From the NCBI RefSeq assembly GCF_028368995.1, contig NZ_JAQNDL010000002.1:928001-992000 (forward strand): DNA of 64,000 bases, read 5' to 3'. This document shows positions 19,248 to 30,713 of this stretch, one piece after another. The stretch's first letter is position 1. Every line of letters begins with the position of its first letter. Origin of the DNA: Nannocystis bainbridge (GTDB lineage Bacteria > Myxococcota_A > Polyangia > Nannocystales > Nannocystaceae). The position numbers were made by a program, and so were the translations under genes. The notes below the pieces were generated by a model that worked only from the letters and a program-made list of their open reading frames with translations, was not told where the DNA came from and did not search any database.

Positions 19248-19850
19248 ATGGCAGCCGATCGTCACACGCTGGCGCGCGCGCTCGAGTTCGCTGCGGTCGC
19301 CCACGGCGAGCAGACGCGCAAGGGCACCACGATCCCGTACGTCAGCCACCTGTTGCAGGTCAGCGGGCTCGTCCTTGAGTGGGACGGCGATCTCGAGCAG
19401 GCGACCGCCGCGCTGCTGCACGACGTCGTCGAAGACACGCCGGTGAGCCTGCGCGAGGTCGTCGAAGCGTTCGGTCCGGGGGTCGGCGAGATCGTCGGCG
19501 ACTGCACCGACACCGGCGCCGACGAGACCCCGGGCAGCAAGCGGCCGTGGCTGCTGCGCAAGCGCGGCTACCTCGACAAGCTGCGCAGCGTCGGAGCGCG
19601 CAGCGCCCTCGTGATCGCCTGCGACAAGCTGCACAACACCTCGACGCTGCTCGTCGATCTCGAGCTCCACGGGCTGGAGACGCTGGGCCGCTTCAACGCG
19701 CCGGCGCCGAAGCAGCTGTGGTACTTCCGCTCGGTCGCCGCGGCCCTGCGCGGGCGCGTGCCCGACGGGCTGCAGGCGCTGCTGGCCGAGCACGCCGAGC
19801 GGTTCGCGGCGCTGACCGGCGCGGTCGAGTGGCGCGAGGACGCGGGCTAG
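19248..19850 (+). CDS. HD-domain hydrolase, RelA/SpoT hydrolase (Mesh1/SAH-like)
   Basis: HGEQTRKG..PYVSH, ALLHDVVEDT, DKLHN. Confidence 0.88.
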   Translation: MAADRHTLARALEFAAVAHGEQTRKGTTIPYVSHLLQVSGLVLEWDGDLEQATAALLHDVVEDTPVSLREVVEAFGPGVGEIVGDCTDTGADETPGSKRPWLLRKRGYLDKLRSVGARSALVIACDKLHNTSTLLVDLELHGLETLGRFNAPAPKQLWYFRSVAAALRGRVPDGLQALLAEHAERFAALTGAVEWREDAG

Positions 19851-19854
19851 CGCC

Positions 19855-19938
19855 TGTCGCAGAGGACATGCTCGGACGAGCATGTCGCCGGGGGCATGTC
19901 GCTTCGGGCATGTCGTTTCGGGCATGTCTCGAGAGACA
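19855..19938. repeat. Array of six phased 14-bp units between convergent genes
   Basis: TGTCG-CAGA-GGACA|TGCTC-GGAC-GAGCA|TGTCG-CCGG-GGGCA|TGTCG-CTTC-GGGCA|TGTCG-TTTC-GGGCA|TGTCT-CGAG-AGACA. Confidence 0.9.
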
Positions 19939-19984
19939 TACAAGGCCGGCCGTTCAGGCGGGCCCCCGAAGCCCGCGAGGCGGG

Positions 19985-20809
19985 TCAGCGCTGGAACGCC
20001 AGCGCCGGCGCGCCGCCGAGCTCGAGCTGCAGGTGCCCGAGCAGGCGCAAGGTGAACAGCAGGGCCAGCAGCTCGTGCTCGTCGACCTCGAAGTCGTCGA
20101 GCAGCTCGGCGAGGGTGCGCGAGCCGTCGAGGCGCGCCAGCCAGGCCGACTCGCTCGGCTCGAGCATGAGGGTCGCGGTCAGCTCGGCGCGGCCGTCGTC
20201 GGTGCGGTGCTCGTAGGCGAGGCGCGGCAGCTGGTGGTGGTCGCCGATGGCGTCCCACAGGCGGCGCAGGGGGATCCGGTGGCGGGCCGCGCTCATGAGG
20301 ATGGCGGCGAGCGAGCGGTCCAGGACGACGCGGTCGGTGCACGGCCCGGGCTCGAACTGCCAGCTGCCCTCGTTCCACGAGAACATCGATTCGACCATGC
20401 GCAGGATCTGCTCGCCGAGCGCCTCGTTGAGCTCGCGCTCGCGGATGAGGCCGTTCTCGAGCAGGACCTCGCCGATCCGCTTGCCGCTGGTGCGCGCGAG
20501 CAGGTCCTGGGCCTGATCGAACTGCGCCCGCGTCAGCAGTCCGCGGACCAGCAGGCGATCGGTGAGGCGATCGCCGGCCTCGTTGCTGCGGGCGAACACC
20601 GGCGCGCCGGCGGCCAGCCACAGCGTCTTCTCGAGCGCGCCCTTGCGCAGGCGCAGGCACCCGCTGCGACCCTCGCTGTGGAACTGCCACAGCAGCTCGG
20701 GCAGAGGGAAGTCGCGCAGGCGGCCACCCTCGGGCCGGGCCTCGCCGCCCGGAGCGGACGCTCCTGCAGGGGAAGCAGACTCTGCGCGGCTCGGATCTTG
20801 GGTATCCAT
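19985..20809 (-). CDS. DUF4388 (PatA-N-like) domain protein
   Basis: GRLRDFPLPELL...SGCLRL, RIGEVLLENGLI, FSWNEGSWQF. Confidence 0.8.
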   Translation of the reverse strand: MDTQDPSRAESASPAGASAPGGEARPEGGRLRDFPLPELLWQFHSEGRSGCLRLRKGALEKTLWLAAGAPVFARSNEAGDRLTDRLLVRGLLTRAQFDQAQDLLARTSGKRIGEVLLENGLIRERELNEALGEQILRMVESMFSWNEGSWQFEPGPCTDRVVLDRSLAAILMSAARHRIPLRRLWDAIGDHHQLPRLAYEHRTDDGRAELTATLMLEPSESAWLARLDGSRTLAELLDDFEVDEHELLALLFTLRLLGHLQLELGGAPALAFQR

Positions 20810-20995
20810 GGGGCGGCTTCGTCCGTCTGCGCCGGCGGCGCGTACTCGACAAGATAGACCACAGCCGGCCGACCAGGGCGGCGGGGTCGCCGAGCTTCAC
20901 GGGGCAGGCGCGTGGATTGCCGCGTGTGGGCCCGCACGTGAGGCAGTGCGGGGTCCGCGAAGTCCGAGCCGGGGGCGGCGGGATAGAAGCGAGCC

Positions 20996-21037
20996 TGTCT
21001 GAAAGAACAGGTCTCATGCGCTATGTCCGAAGAGACA
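20996..21037. repeat. Array of three phased 14-bp units (divergent intergenic region)
   Basis: TGTCT-GAAA-GAACA|GGTCT-CATG-CGCTA|TGTCC-GAAG-AGACA. Confidence 0.7.
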
Positions 21038-21129
21038 CCTGGTTCGTCGGCGCGCGCGGCGGCGGCCCGGCCCGGGCGCCGGACGGGCGCCCTTGCTGGG
21101 CCGCGCGTGGCCGCGATAAAACGCCGGCC

Positions 21130-22869
21130 ATGAGGCTCGCCCCGCTCGCCGCGCTCGCGCTGTCCGTCACCGCTTGCCCGAAACCGGGGGCCGAGCCCGC
21201 CAGCGAGGCGAAGCCAGGACCCGCGCCGGTGGCGGTCCAGACGCCGCAGAGCGCGGCCGGGAGCATCACGCCCGGGGCGACGCGCGTGACGGAGTGCCCG
21301 CGCTCGCTCGGGGGCGCCGAGGCGCAGATCGATCGGGTGATCTCGAAGGACTGCGGGCCGGTCACGGTGGTCGAGGATTACCGCGTCGACAACGGCTCGC
21401 TCACGCTCGAGGCCGGGGCGACGCTGCAGTTCAAGGACGGCGCGGCGCTGATCGTCGGCGCGTCGGAGCCGGCGAAGCTGCTGGTCGCGGGCACGCCGAC
21501 GGAGCCGGTCACGCTGACTTCGGCCAGCGACAAGGCGGCGGGCGCGTGGCGAGGCGTGGAGCTCGGCGACAAGGCGGCGCGCTCGCAGATCCAGGGCGCG
21601 GTGATCGAGTTCGCCGGCACGGAGGAGCGGGCGCTGTGGATCGCGGCCGCCGAGGTGACGCTCGAGGGCACGACGATCCGCGAGGCCCGCGGTCCGGCGA
21701 TCCGGCTCGAGGGCGCGGGCAGCCTGGCGTCGTTCACCGGCAACACGCTGCGCAAGCTCGGCTCGAAGGCGGCGATCGTGGCCCCGGCGACGGCGGTGAT
21801 CGGGATCGCCGGCGGCAACCGCTTCGACGGCGAGGCGGTGGTGCAGGTGCTGGGCGGTGACATCGGCGCGCCGACCACGTGGCCCAACCCGGGCGTGCCG
21901 CTGCGGCTCAACGAGGAGGTGCGGGTGGGTGGCGCCGGGCCCGAGCGCGCGGTGCTCAACCTGTCCCCGGGGACAGAGCTGCGGTTCGGGCCGGAGGGTC
22001 GGCTGTCGATCGGCAGCAGCGCCGACGGCGGCCTGGTGGCCCGCGGCACCAGCGAGGCGCCGATCACGTTCACGGCCGGCGATCGGCGTCAGGCCGGTGG
22101 GTGGGGCGGGCTGCAGATCTGGGCCCGCGGCGAGGCGGACCTCGAGCACGCGGCCTTCGAATTCGGCGGCGGCGGCGACGAGGGCACCGCCGCGCTGATG
22201 GTCGAGGACGGGGCGCTGTCGCTGCGCGAGACGACGTTTCGCAGCAACCGCGCGGGCGTGGCGATCCGCGGCAAGGCGACGCTGCGCGCGCTGGCCGACA
22301 ACCGCTTCGCGGCCACCAAGCGGGCGCTCGAGCTGCCGGCCGACCTGGTCGGGGCGCTCGGCGAGGGCAACGCGTTCGACAGCGACGGGCGCATCGTGGT
22401 GGTCCCGGGCGCGGTCACCAGCAAGGCGACGTGGGCGGCTCACGGCGCGCCGCTCGAGCTGAGCGGCGAGGTGCTGGTCGGCGCCGAGCTGACCCTCGAG
22501 GCAGGTCTGCGCGTGCTCGCCGGACCCGAGGCCGCGCTGATCGTCGGCAGCGACGCGCCGGCGGCCCTGCTGGCCCACGGGACCGCGGAGGCGCCGATCC
22601 AGCTGGCGGCGAGCGCCGGGGTGTGGCGCGGCATCAAGCTGCACGGCAAGACGCTGGCGAGCACGCTGCAGCACGTCGAGCTGTCGCAGACGGGGGCAGA
22701 GCCGGCGGTGTGGGTCGAGGCGCCGACCGAGGTGCGCCTCGACAACGTCACCTGCGCGAAGTGCAAGGCGGCGGTGGTCGGCTGGCAGTGCGGCGCCTCG
22801 GTGTCGCAGTCGGCGGTGCTGGCGACCGACGGCACGCCGGCGATCGACGCGCCGCCGCAGGGCTGCTGA
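21130..22869 (+). CDS. Lipoprotein with right-handed beta-helix-like repeats
   Basis: Lipobox SVTAC; three internal repeats LxLxxG..L...GT.E.P(V/I)....G.W.G. Confidence 0.75.
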   Translation: MRLAPLAALALSVTACPKPGAEPASEAKPGPAPVAVQTPQSAAGSITPGATRVTECPRSLGGAEAQIDRVISKDCGPVTVVEDYRVDNGSLTLEAGATLQFKDGAALIVGASEPAKLLVAGTPTEPVTLTSASDKAAGAWRGVELGDKAARSQIQGAVIEFAGTEERALWIAAAEVTLEGTTIREARGPAIRLEGAGSLASFTGNTLRKLGSKAAIVAPATAVIGIAGGNRFDGEAVVQVLGGDIGAPTTWPNPGVPLRLNEEVRVGGAGPERAVLNLSPGTELRFGPEGRLSIGSSADGGLVARGTSEAPITFTAGDRRQAGGWGGLQIWARGEADLEHAAFEFGGGGDEGTAALMVEDGALSLRETTFRSNRAGVAIRGKATLRALADNRFAATKRALELPADLVGALGEGNAFDSDGRIVVVPGAVTSKATWAAHGAPLELSGEVLVGAELTLEAGLRVLAGPEAALIVGSDAPAALLAHGTAEAPIQLAASAGVWRGIKLHGKTLASTLQHVELSQTGAEPAVWVEAPTEVRLDNVTCAKCKAAVVGWQCGASVSQSAVLATDGTPAIDAPPQGC

Positions 22870-22978
22870 CGGGGCAGGGGAGGCGCGTCGGCCCTGAGGT
22901 CGCGTCGGGCGGTATCACCGGTCACGGGCAGCGACGGCGACGACGCGCCTGCGGTCCCGTGTGGTCGCGCGAGTGAGA

Positions 22979-23034
22979 TGGCCGAAGCGACATGTCTTCA
23001 TGCACATGTCCGACCAGTCATGTTCTAGCGGCGC
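22979..23034. repeat. Array of four phased 14-bp units between convergent genes
   Basis: CATG at 22991, 23005 and 23019. Confidence 0.85.
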
Positions 23035-23073
23035 TGGATCGCGGGCGGACCGGGCGGGCCCGGCCGGCGCGGA

Positions 23074-23496
23074 TCACAGCAGGCCGAACTTCTCGGGCTG
23101 GACTTCGCGCAGCACGTCGCGGATGCGCGACTGCAGCAGGTCGTCCTCGTACGGCTTCATCACGTAGCCGTGGGCGCCGTTGCGCAGGCCCCAGTAGCGG
23201 TCGCTCTCGCGGGCCATCGTCGTGACGAACACGAACGGCGGCACCTGGCCCGCAGGCAAGGTCGCGCGCAGGCGGCGGAGGATCGACAGGCCGCTCAGGC
23301 CCTCGAGCAGCACCTCGCTCAGCACCAGATGGGGCTTGCGCTGCTCGATGAGCGCCAGCGCGACCTGGCCGTCGCTGGCGGCGTGGACCTCGAGCGACAG
23401 CCCCAGCTCCTCCGCGGGCACGCGCAGCAGCTCCTGCACGCGGGCCCGCTCGCGCGGGTCGGGGTCGGCGACGACGACGTGGCGCGGCTCGCTCAT
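23074..23496 (-). CDS. Single-domain response regulator, atypical (Glu at the phosphoacceptor position)
   Basis: VVVADPD...PHLVLSEVLLEGLSG...FVTT...GAHGYVMKPY. Confidence 0.85.
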   Translation of the reverse strand: MSEPRHVVVADPDPRERARVQELLRVPAEELGLSLEVHAASDGQVALALIEQRKPHLVLSEVLLEGLSGLSILRRLRATLPAGQVPPFVFVTTMARESDRYWGLRNGAHGYVMKPYEDDLLQSRIRDVLREVQPEKFGLL

Positions 23497-23503
23497 GTTC
23501 GCC

Positions 23504-24820
23504 TCAGACCGGCACGGGCATCACCCGCTTGCGCACCAGGTTGGCCTTGGCATGGCGGTAAAGCACGCGGGCGACCGCGTAGGTGCCCGTACGGGTCTTG
23601 CGCGCGATCTCCTTGACGCTGTTGCGGCCGTTGACCAGCTCGAGCACCGCCAGCTCGTCGCGCGGCAGCGCCTCGCGGCTCAGCTTGGCCACCTGCTCGT
23701 CGATGCGGAGGTACACGTCGTCGACGTCGGGGATGTGCGGGCCCATGAGCGCCTGCTCGTCGATCAAGCGCAGGCCGTCGAGCAGCGCGTCGGCGATGGT
23801 CAGCTCGGCCCGGCCCTGGGCGGCGGCGGCGGTGGCCATCGGGTCGAGCTCGACCGTCGGGGTGAACGTGAAAGTGCCCTGCTTCCACGCCAGCAGGTGG
23901 GAGATCAGCGCGCGGGCCTGGTCGACCAGGATCTGCGCCAGCTCGGCGGGGCTGAGGAACCCGCCCTCGACCAGGCGCGAGCCGAGCGGCCGCTGCTCCG
24001 GGTCCTTGCCGACGATGAACGCCTCGAGCTGCTCGTCGCGCATGAATCCGCCCTCGACGACGAAGCGGCCGAGCTTGAGGTCTTCCTCGGTGCCCTTGAC
24101 CTCGGCCAGGCGGATCCGGCCGGCGTCGAGGTGCAGCTTGCCCCACGACGAGCCTTGCTCGACCTTCAGCACCCCGCGCACGCCGGAGTTGCCGAGCATC
24201 TCGAGCACGGCCTCGAGGCGGACCCCGCCGAGCGAGCCGCGGATCGCCGGCTTGTCGGCCTGGACCGCGAACTCTTCGTCGGAGCGCAGCGCCTTGACGA
24301 AGTGGTCGACGTCGGCGTCACTGAACTCCTGGCCAGGAAAGTGGTCGCCCAGCAGGTGCTTGAGCCGGGTCACGGCCGGGTCCTGCGGGGTCACGGCCGG
24401 CGCCTTGGACGCCGCGGGGACGTGGCCTTCGAGCGCCTCCTCGACGATCTTGATCAGCGCCGGGGTGCTGAACGGCCGCCGGAGGGCGGGCAGGTCCTCG
24501 GCGCCCGGGATCGGGTTGGGGTTCGAGCGGCTGACGAGCAGGATCCCCGGGAGCTGCGCACCGCCGGGGATCTGGACCAGCGCCCGGAGCACGCCGCCCG
24601 AGGCGGCGGGGTCGGCGGCGGCGTCGAGCAGGAGGGCCATGATCGCCCGATCCCCGGCCGGACCGTGCCGCTTGCACAGTTCGACCGCGTCCTGCTGCGT
24701 GTGCGCGTTGAACACCTGGTAGCCGGCCAGCCGCAGGCCCGCCGTCGCCAGCTTGGCCGTGGTCGTATTCGGGTCGTAGTACAGAATCCCGGGCTGGGAC
24801 GGGCCGGACGGGGCTGGCAT
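23504..24820 (-). CDS. Receiver-like domain plus DUF4388 domain protein
   Basis: N-terminal degenerate receiver (ILYYDPN...LLLD), GSLGGVRLEAVLEML, LLAWKQGTFTF, C-terminal wHTH-like segment. Confidence 0.8.
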   Translation of the reverse strand: MPAPSGPSQPGILYYDPNTTTAKLATAGLRLAGYQVFNAHTQQDAVELCKRHGPAGDRAIMALLLDAAADPAASGGVLRALVQIPGGAQLPGILLVSRSNPNPIPGAEDLPALRRPFSTPALIKIVEEALEGHVPAASKAPAVTPQDPAVTRLKHLLGDHFPGQEFSDADVDHFVKALRSDEEFAVQADKPAIRGSLGGVRLEAVLEMLGNSGVRGVLKVEQGSSWGKLHLDAGRIRLAEVKGTEEDLKLGRFVVEGGFMRDEQLEAFIVGKDPEQRPLGSRLVEGGFLSPAELAQILVDQARALISHLLAWKQGTFTFTPTVELDPMATAAAAQGRAELTIADALLDGLRLIDEQALMGPHIPDVDDVYLRIDEQVAKLSREALPRDELAVLELVNGRNSVKEIARKTRTGTYAVARVLYRHAKANLVRKRVMPVPV

Positions 24821-24876
24821 GGATGCGGCAAAGGATACTCGGAAACCGCCGAGTCGTGGTAGCGTTTGGCACACAC

Positions 24877-27723
<2,847 letters not shown>

Positions 27724-27904
27724 CGCGCAAGTTCGGGCCTGCGTGATCGCGCCGGGATCAAGGCGCGAACGCGCGCTGGCCGGAGCCTCTCAGAAGTGGA
27801 CGCGCGGGGAGATGTGGGGCCATAATTGGCGTGCCCTTGTCAGGCCGGGCCAGGTGATGTCACCTTAGCCCGCCGCTCCGGCCCCTTTGGGTCCCCCCGC
27901 GCTC

Positions 27905-28822
27905 ATGTACGCCTCGATCCTGGTCGCCTTCTCGCTCGTCCTCTCGCCTGCGCCTGGGGTCTGCCGTAGCGCGCCGCCGCAGCCGGCACAAGCCGAACGC
28001 GTGTTGCTGCCGCCGGCCTCGCGCGGCGTGCCCACGCCGCCCGCAGCCAAGCGCGAGCGCCTGGCCGCGTCGGCCTCGGTCGCCATCGACACCGCAGCCG
28101 CCGGCGAAGAGGGTCAGCTGATGAACCCGCGGATCCAGGCCCGGGTGGTCGACGCCATGCGGGCGTTCAACATCACCGAGGGCAAGGACGCCGGCCTGCC
28201 GAAGGTCGCGATCAAGGTCAGCGAGCTCGGAGGCGACGCGATCGGGTGGAGCTACACCATCGACGTCCGCCACGGCAGCGACCAGGCCATCTCGGGCGGC
28301 AGCCTGCGCGGCGAGTGTGTCGACTGCATCGAGAAGGAGCTGGTCGAGAAGGTCGGCACCGACGCTCGCCTCGCGCTGCAGCAGCTCCGCGTCTACATCG
28401 ACGAGTACAACGCCAAGGTCGACGCCGACAACAAGCAGGCCGAGTCCTCCGCGACGACGACCACCGGCGACGCCGCGGCGACGCCGGGCGGGCCCACGGT
28501 CGACGCCGGTCCGGGCGGCGAAGCGGCGATGCATCCGCTGTGCAAGGCCGGCATCGGCCTCATGGCCGCTGGCGTGGTCGGCATCGGTGTCGGCATCGGC
28601 CTCGCGCTGGTGCCCGATCGACAGATCGATCCGAACATCGGCTACGAGCTTCGCAGCACCACGCTTCCTGGGTACGTGACGCTCGGAATCGGCGGCGCGG
28701 CGGCGCTCGCCGGCGTGGCTCTGTTCGTCGTCGGTCACCGCAAGGCCCGCGCGTCGCAGACCGCGCTCGTACCCAGCTTCGGCGCGGGCATGGTCGGGCT
28801 GCAGTGGTCCGGCCGCTTCTGA
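27905..28822 (+). CDS. Exported protein with two Gly-rich hydrophobic segments and a terminal beta-strand (GLQWSGRF)
   Basis: Signal peptide MYASILVAFSLVL; GIGLMAAGVVGIGVGIGLAL and GYVTLGIGGAAALAGVALFVVG. Confidence 0.75.
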   Translation: MYASILVAFSLVLSPAPGVCRSAPPQPAQAERVLLPPASRGVPTPPAAKRERLAASASVAIDTAAAGEEGQLMNPRIQARVVDAMRAFNITEGKDAGLPKVAIKVSELGGDAIGWSYTIDVRHGSDQAISGGSLRGECVDCIEKELVEKVGTDARLALQQLRVYIDEYNAKVDADNKQAESSATTTTGDAAATPGGPTVDAGPGGEAAMHPLCKAGIGLMAAGVVGIGVGIGLALVPDRQIDPNIGYELRSTTLPGYVTLGIGGAAALAGVALFVVGHRKARASQTALVPSFGAGMVGLQWSGRF

Positions 28823-28852
28823 TATCTTGTGGGGTCGAGGTTCGAGGTACTT

Positions 28853-30547
28853 ATGTCGGAGCTTGGTTTGCGTGGTCTCGGGGTGCGAACGCTGTCCATG
28901 ATGCTCGGCGCGGGCGCGCTGATCGGATTCGCGGGCGGCTGCTTCATCACCAACACCGCCCACTGCGGCTACCACGAGAACGGGGCCGAAAACCCGTGTC
29001 CCGTGGGCTTCGTGTGCAGCGCGTGCGCGTCGGCCAACAACGGCTGCGTGCCCGTGAGCGAGGCCGACGCGATCGAGCCGAGCTGTCGTGAAGGCGGCGG
29101 CACCACGGGGCCGACCACCGAGTCCAGCACGGCCGACCCGACGGTGGGTCCGACCTCGATGCCGACGACCACGGAGACCTCGACGACCGACGATACGACG
29201 ATCGGCGTGACGACGATGGGCCCGACGTCGACCACCGACTCGACGACCACGCAGACGACCGAGACCAGCACCACCGAGGCGCCGTCGACCACGATCGAGA
29301 CGATGTGCGACCCGGGCAACCTCAACGACCCGAACTGCGGCGAGCAGTACTGCGTGGCCCAGAATCAGTGCGGCTGGTGCACGTCGCTGCCGGAGGACAA
29401 GACCTGCAACGACGTGAACACCGCCACGCCGGCGTGCGACGAGGCCTCGGGCCTGTGCGTCGAGTGCACGGAGCAGGAGGCGCAGCTGTGCACCGGCGCC
29501 ACGCCGACCTGCGATCCGGAGACGCATGAGTGCGTCCCGTGCACCGAGCACTCGCAGTGCGGCAGCACGGCCTGCGACATCTTCGAGGGCAGCTGCTTCC
29601 CCGAGCAGTCGGTGTTCTTCGTCAAGGGCGGCAAGGTCGACTGTCAGGCCAAGACCGGCCTGACGGCGGACAGCCCGTTCTGCAAGTTGACCGATGTCCC
29701 GCTCGACGCGGCCAAGACGACGGTCCGGCTGCTCGCCAGCAACGACGCTCCCGGCGGGCTGTCCGTCCCCGCCGGCAAGGTCGTGGCCATCGTCAAGCAC
29801 AACGCGGGCATCCCCGAGATCAACGGCGCCAACATCCTGGGCCCGTCTCTGCAGGTCAGCGGCGCCGGGGCGCGGCTCTACATCTCGGGCGTCAAGCTCC
29901 GCTTCGCCCAGGGCGCGCTCGTCAAGTGCACCGGCGCCCGGCTCTACGCCCACGACTCGTGGTGGGACGGCAACAACCTCAACGCCGCGCGCGGCATCGA
30001 GGGTTCGAGCTGCGACGTGTCGATCCACCGCTCGCGGATCGTGCGCTGCGGCGCGGCGATGCAGCTCACCGCCGGTTCGCTGTGGATGGAGAACAGCTTC
30101 GTCATGGAGAACGGCGCCAACACTGCGGCGCACACCGCGTTCAACTTCGTCAACGCGGTGCAGGGCACGATCACGTACTCGACCATCGCCCGCAACCGGG
30201 TGATCGGCGGGCTGTCGGCCTTCAAGTGCGGCGGCAACCCGTCGACGATCACCGTGCGCAACTCGGCGGTCATCGGCGTCAATCCGATCACCGACTGCGG
30301 CGCCGCCCTGTCGTTCGTGAACGGTCGCGTCGAGGAGACCGCGGACGAGACCGCGGCCAACATCGTCATGAACCAGTGGTTCAACCCTGGCCTCGAGGAC
30401 GTGTACACGCCGCGCAAGAGCGACAACATGGACCCGCTCGAGGACATGGCGGTCTGGCAGGAAGGCGATCCGCGGCGGGACTTCAGCAACGAGGCGGTGA
30501 TCCCCACGGAGGATCCCAGCTTTGCCGGAGCCAGGCAGCCGCTCTGA
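28853..30547 (+). CDS. Cys-rich beta-helix lipoprotein, paralog 1
   Basis: Lipobox FAGGC, Thr-rich stalk, Cys-rich repeats, PFC motif, beta-helix-like repeats, C-terminal WQEGDP...FAGA. Confidence 0.8.
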   Translation: MSELGLRGLGVRTLSMMLGAGALIGFAGGCFITNTAHCGYHENGAENPCPVGFVCSACASANNGCVPVSEADAIEPSCREGGGTTGPTTESSTADPTVGPTSMPTTTETSTTDDTTIGVTTMGPTSTTDSTTTQTTETSTTEAPSTTIETMCDPGNLNDPNCGEQYCVAQNQCGWCTSLPEDKTCNDVNTATPACDEASGLCVECTEQEAQLCTGATPTCDPETHECVPCTEHSQCGSTACDIFEGSCFPEQSVFFVKGGKVDCQAKTGLTADSPFCKLTDVPLDAAKTTVRLLASNDAPGGLSVPAGKVVAIVKHNAGIPEINGANILGPSLQVSGAGARLYISGVKLRFAQGALVKCTGARLYAHDSWWDGNNLNAARGIEGSSCDVSIHRSRIVRCGAAMQLTAGSLWMENSFVMENGANTAAHTAFNFVNAVQGTITYSTIARNRVIGGLSAFKCGGNPSTITVRNSAVIGVNPITDCGAALSFVNGRVEETADETAANIVMNQWFNPGLEDVYTPRKSDNMDPLEDMAVWQEGDPRRDFSNEAVIPTEDPSFAGARQPL

Positions 30548-30713
30548 AGGTAGGCGCAGGGGCGCACAGGGTTTTGCGCCCGGCGCTGCGCCCGGGGCCC
30601 TCGTAGGGCCCTGATTGTTCGTTCAGCGGTGTGCTGTGGAGACGTGGTTCCGGCGGCTCGCCTGGCGGGGGCGGTTGTCCGGCGCGGGAGGGTGAGCGAT
30701 AATCGAACTTGCC

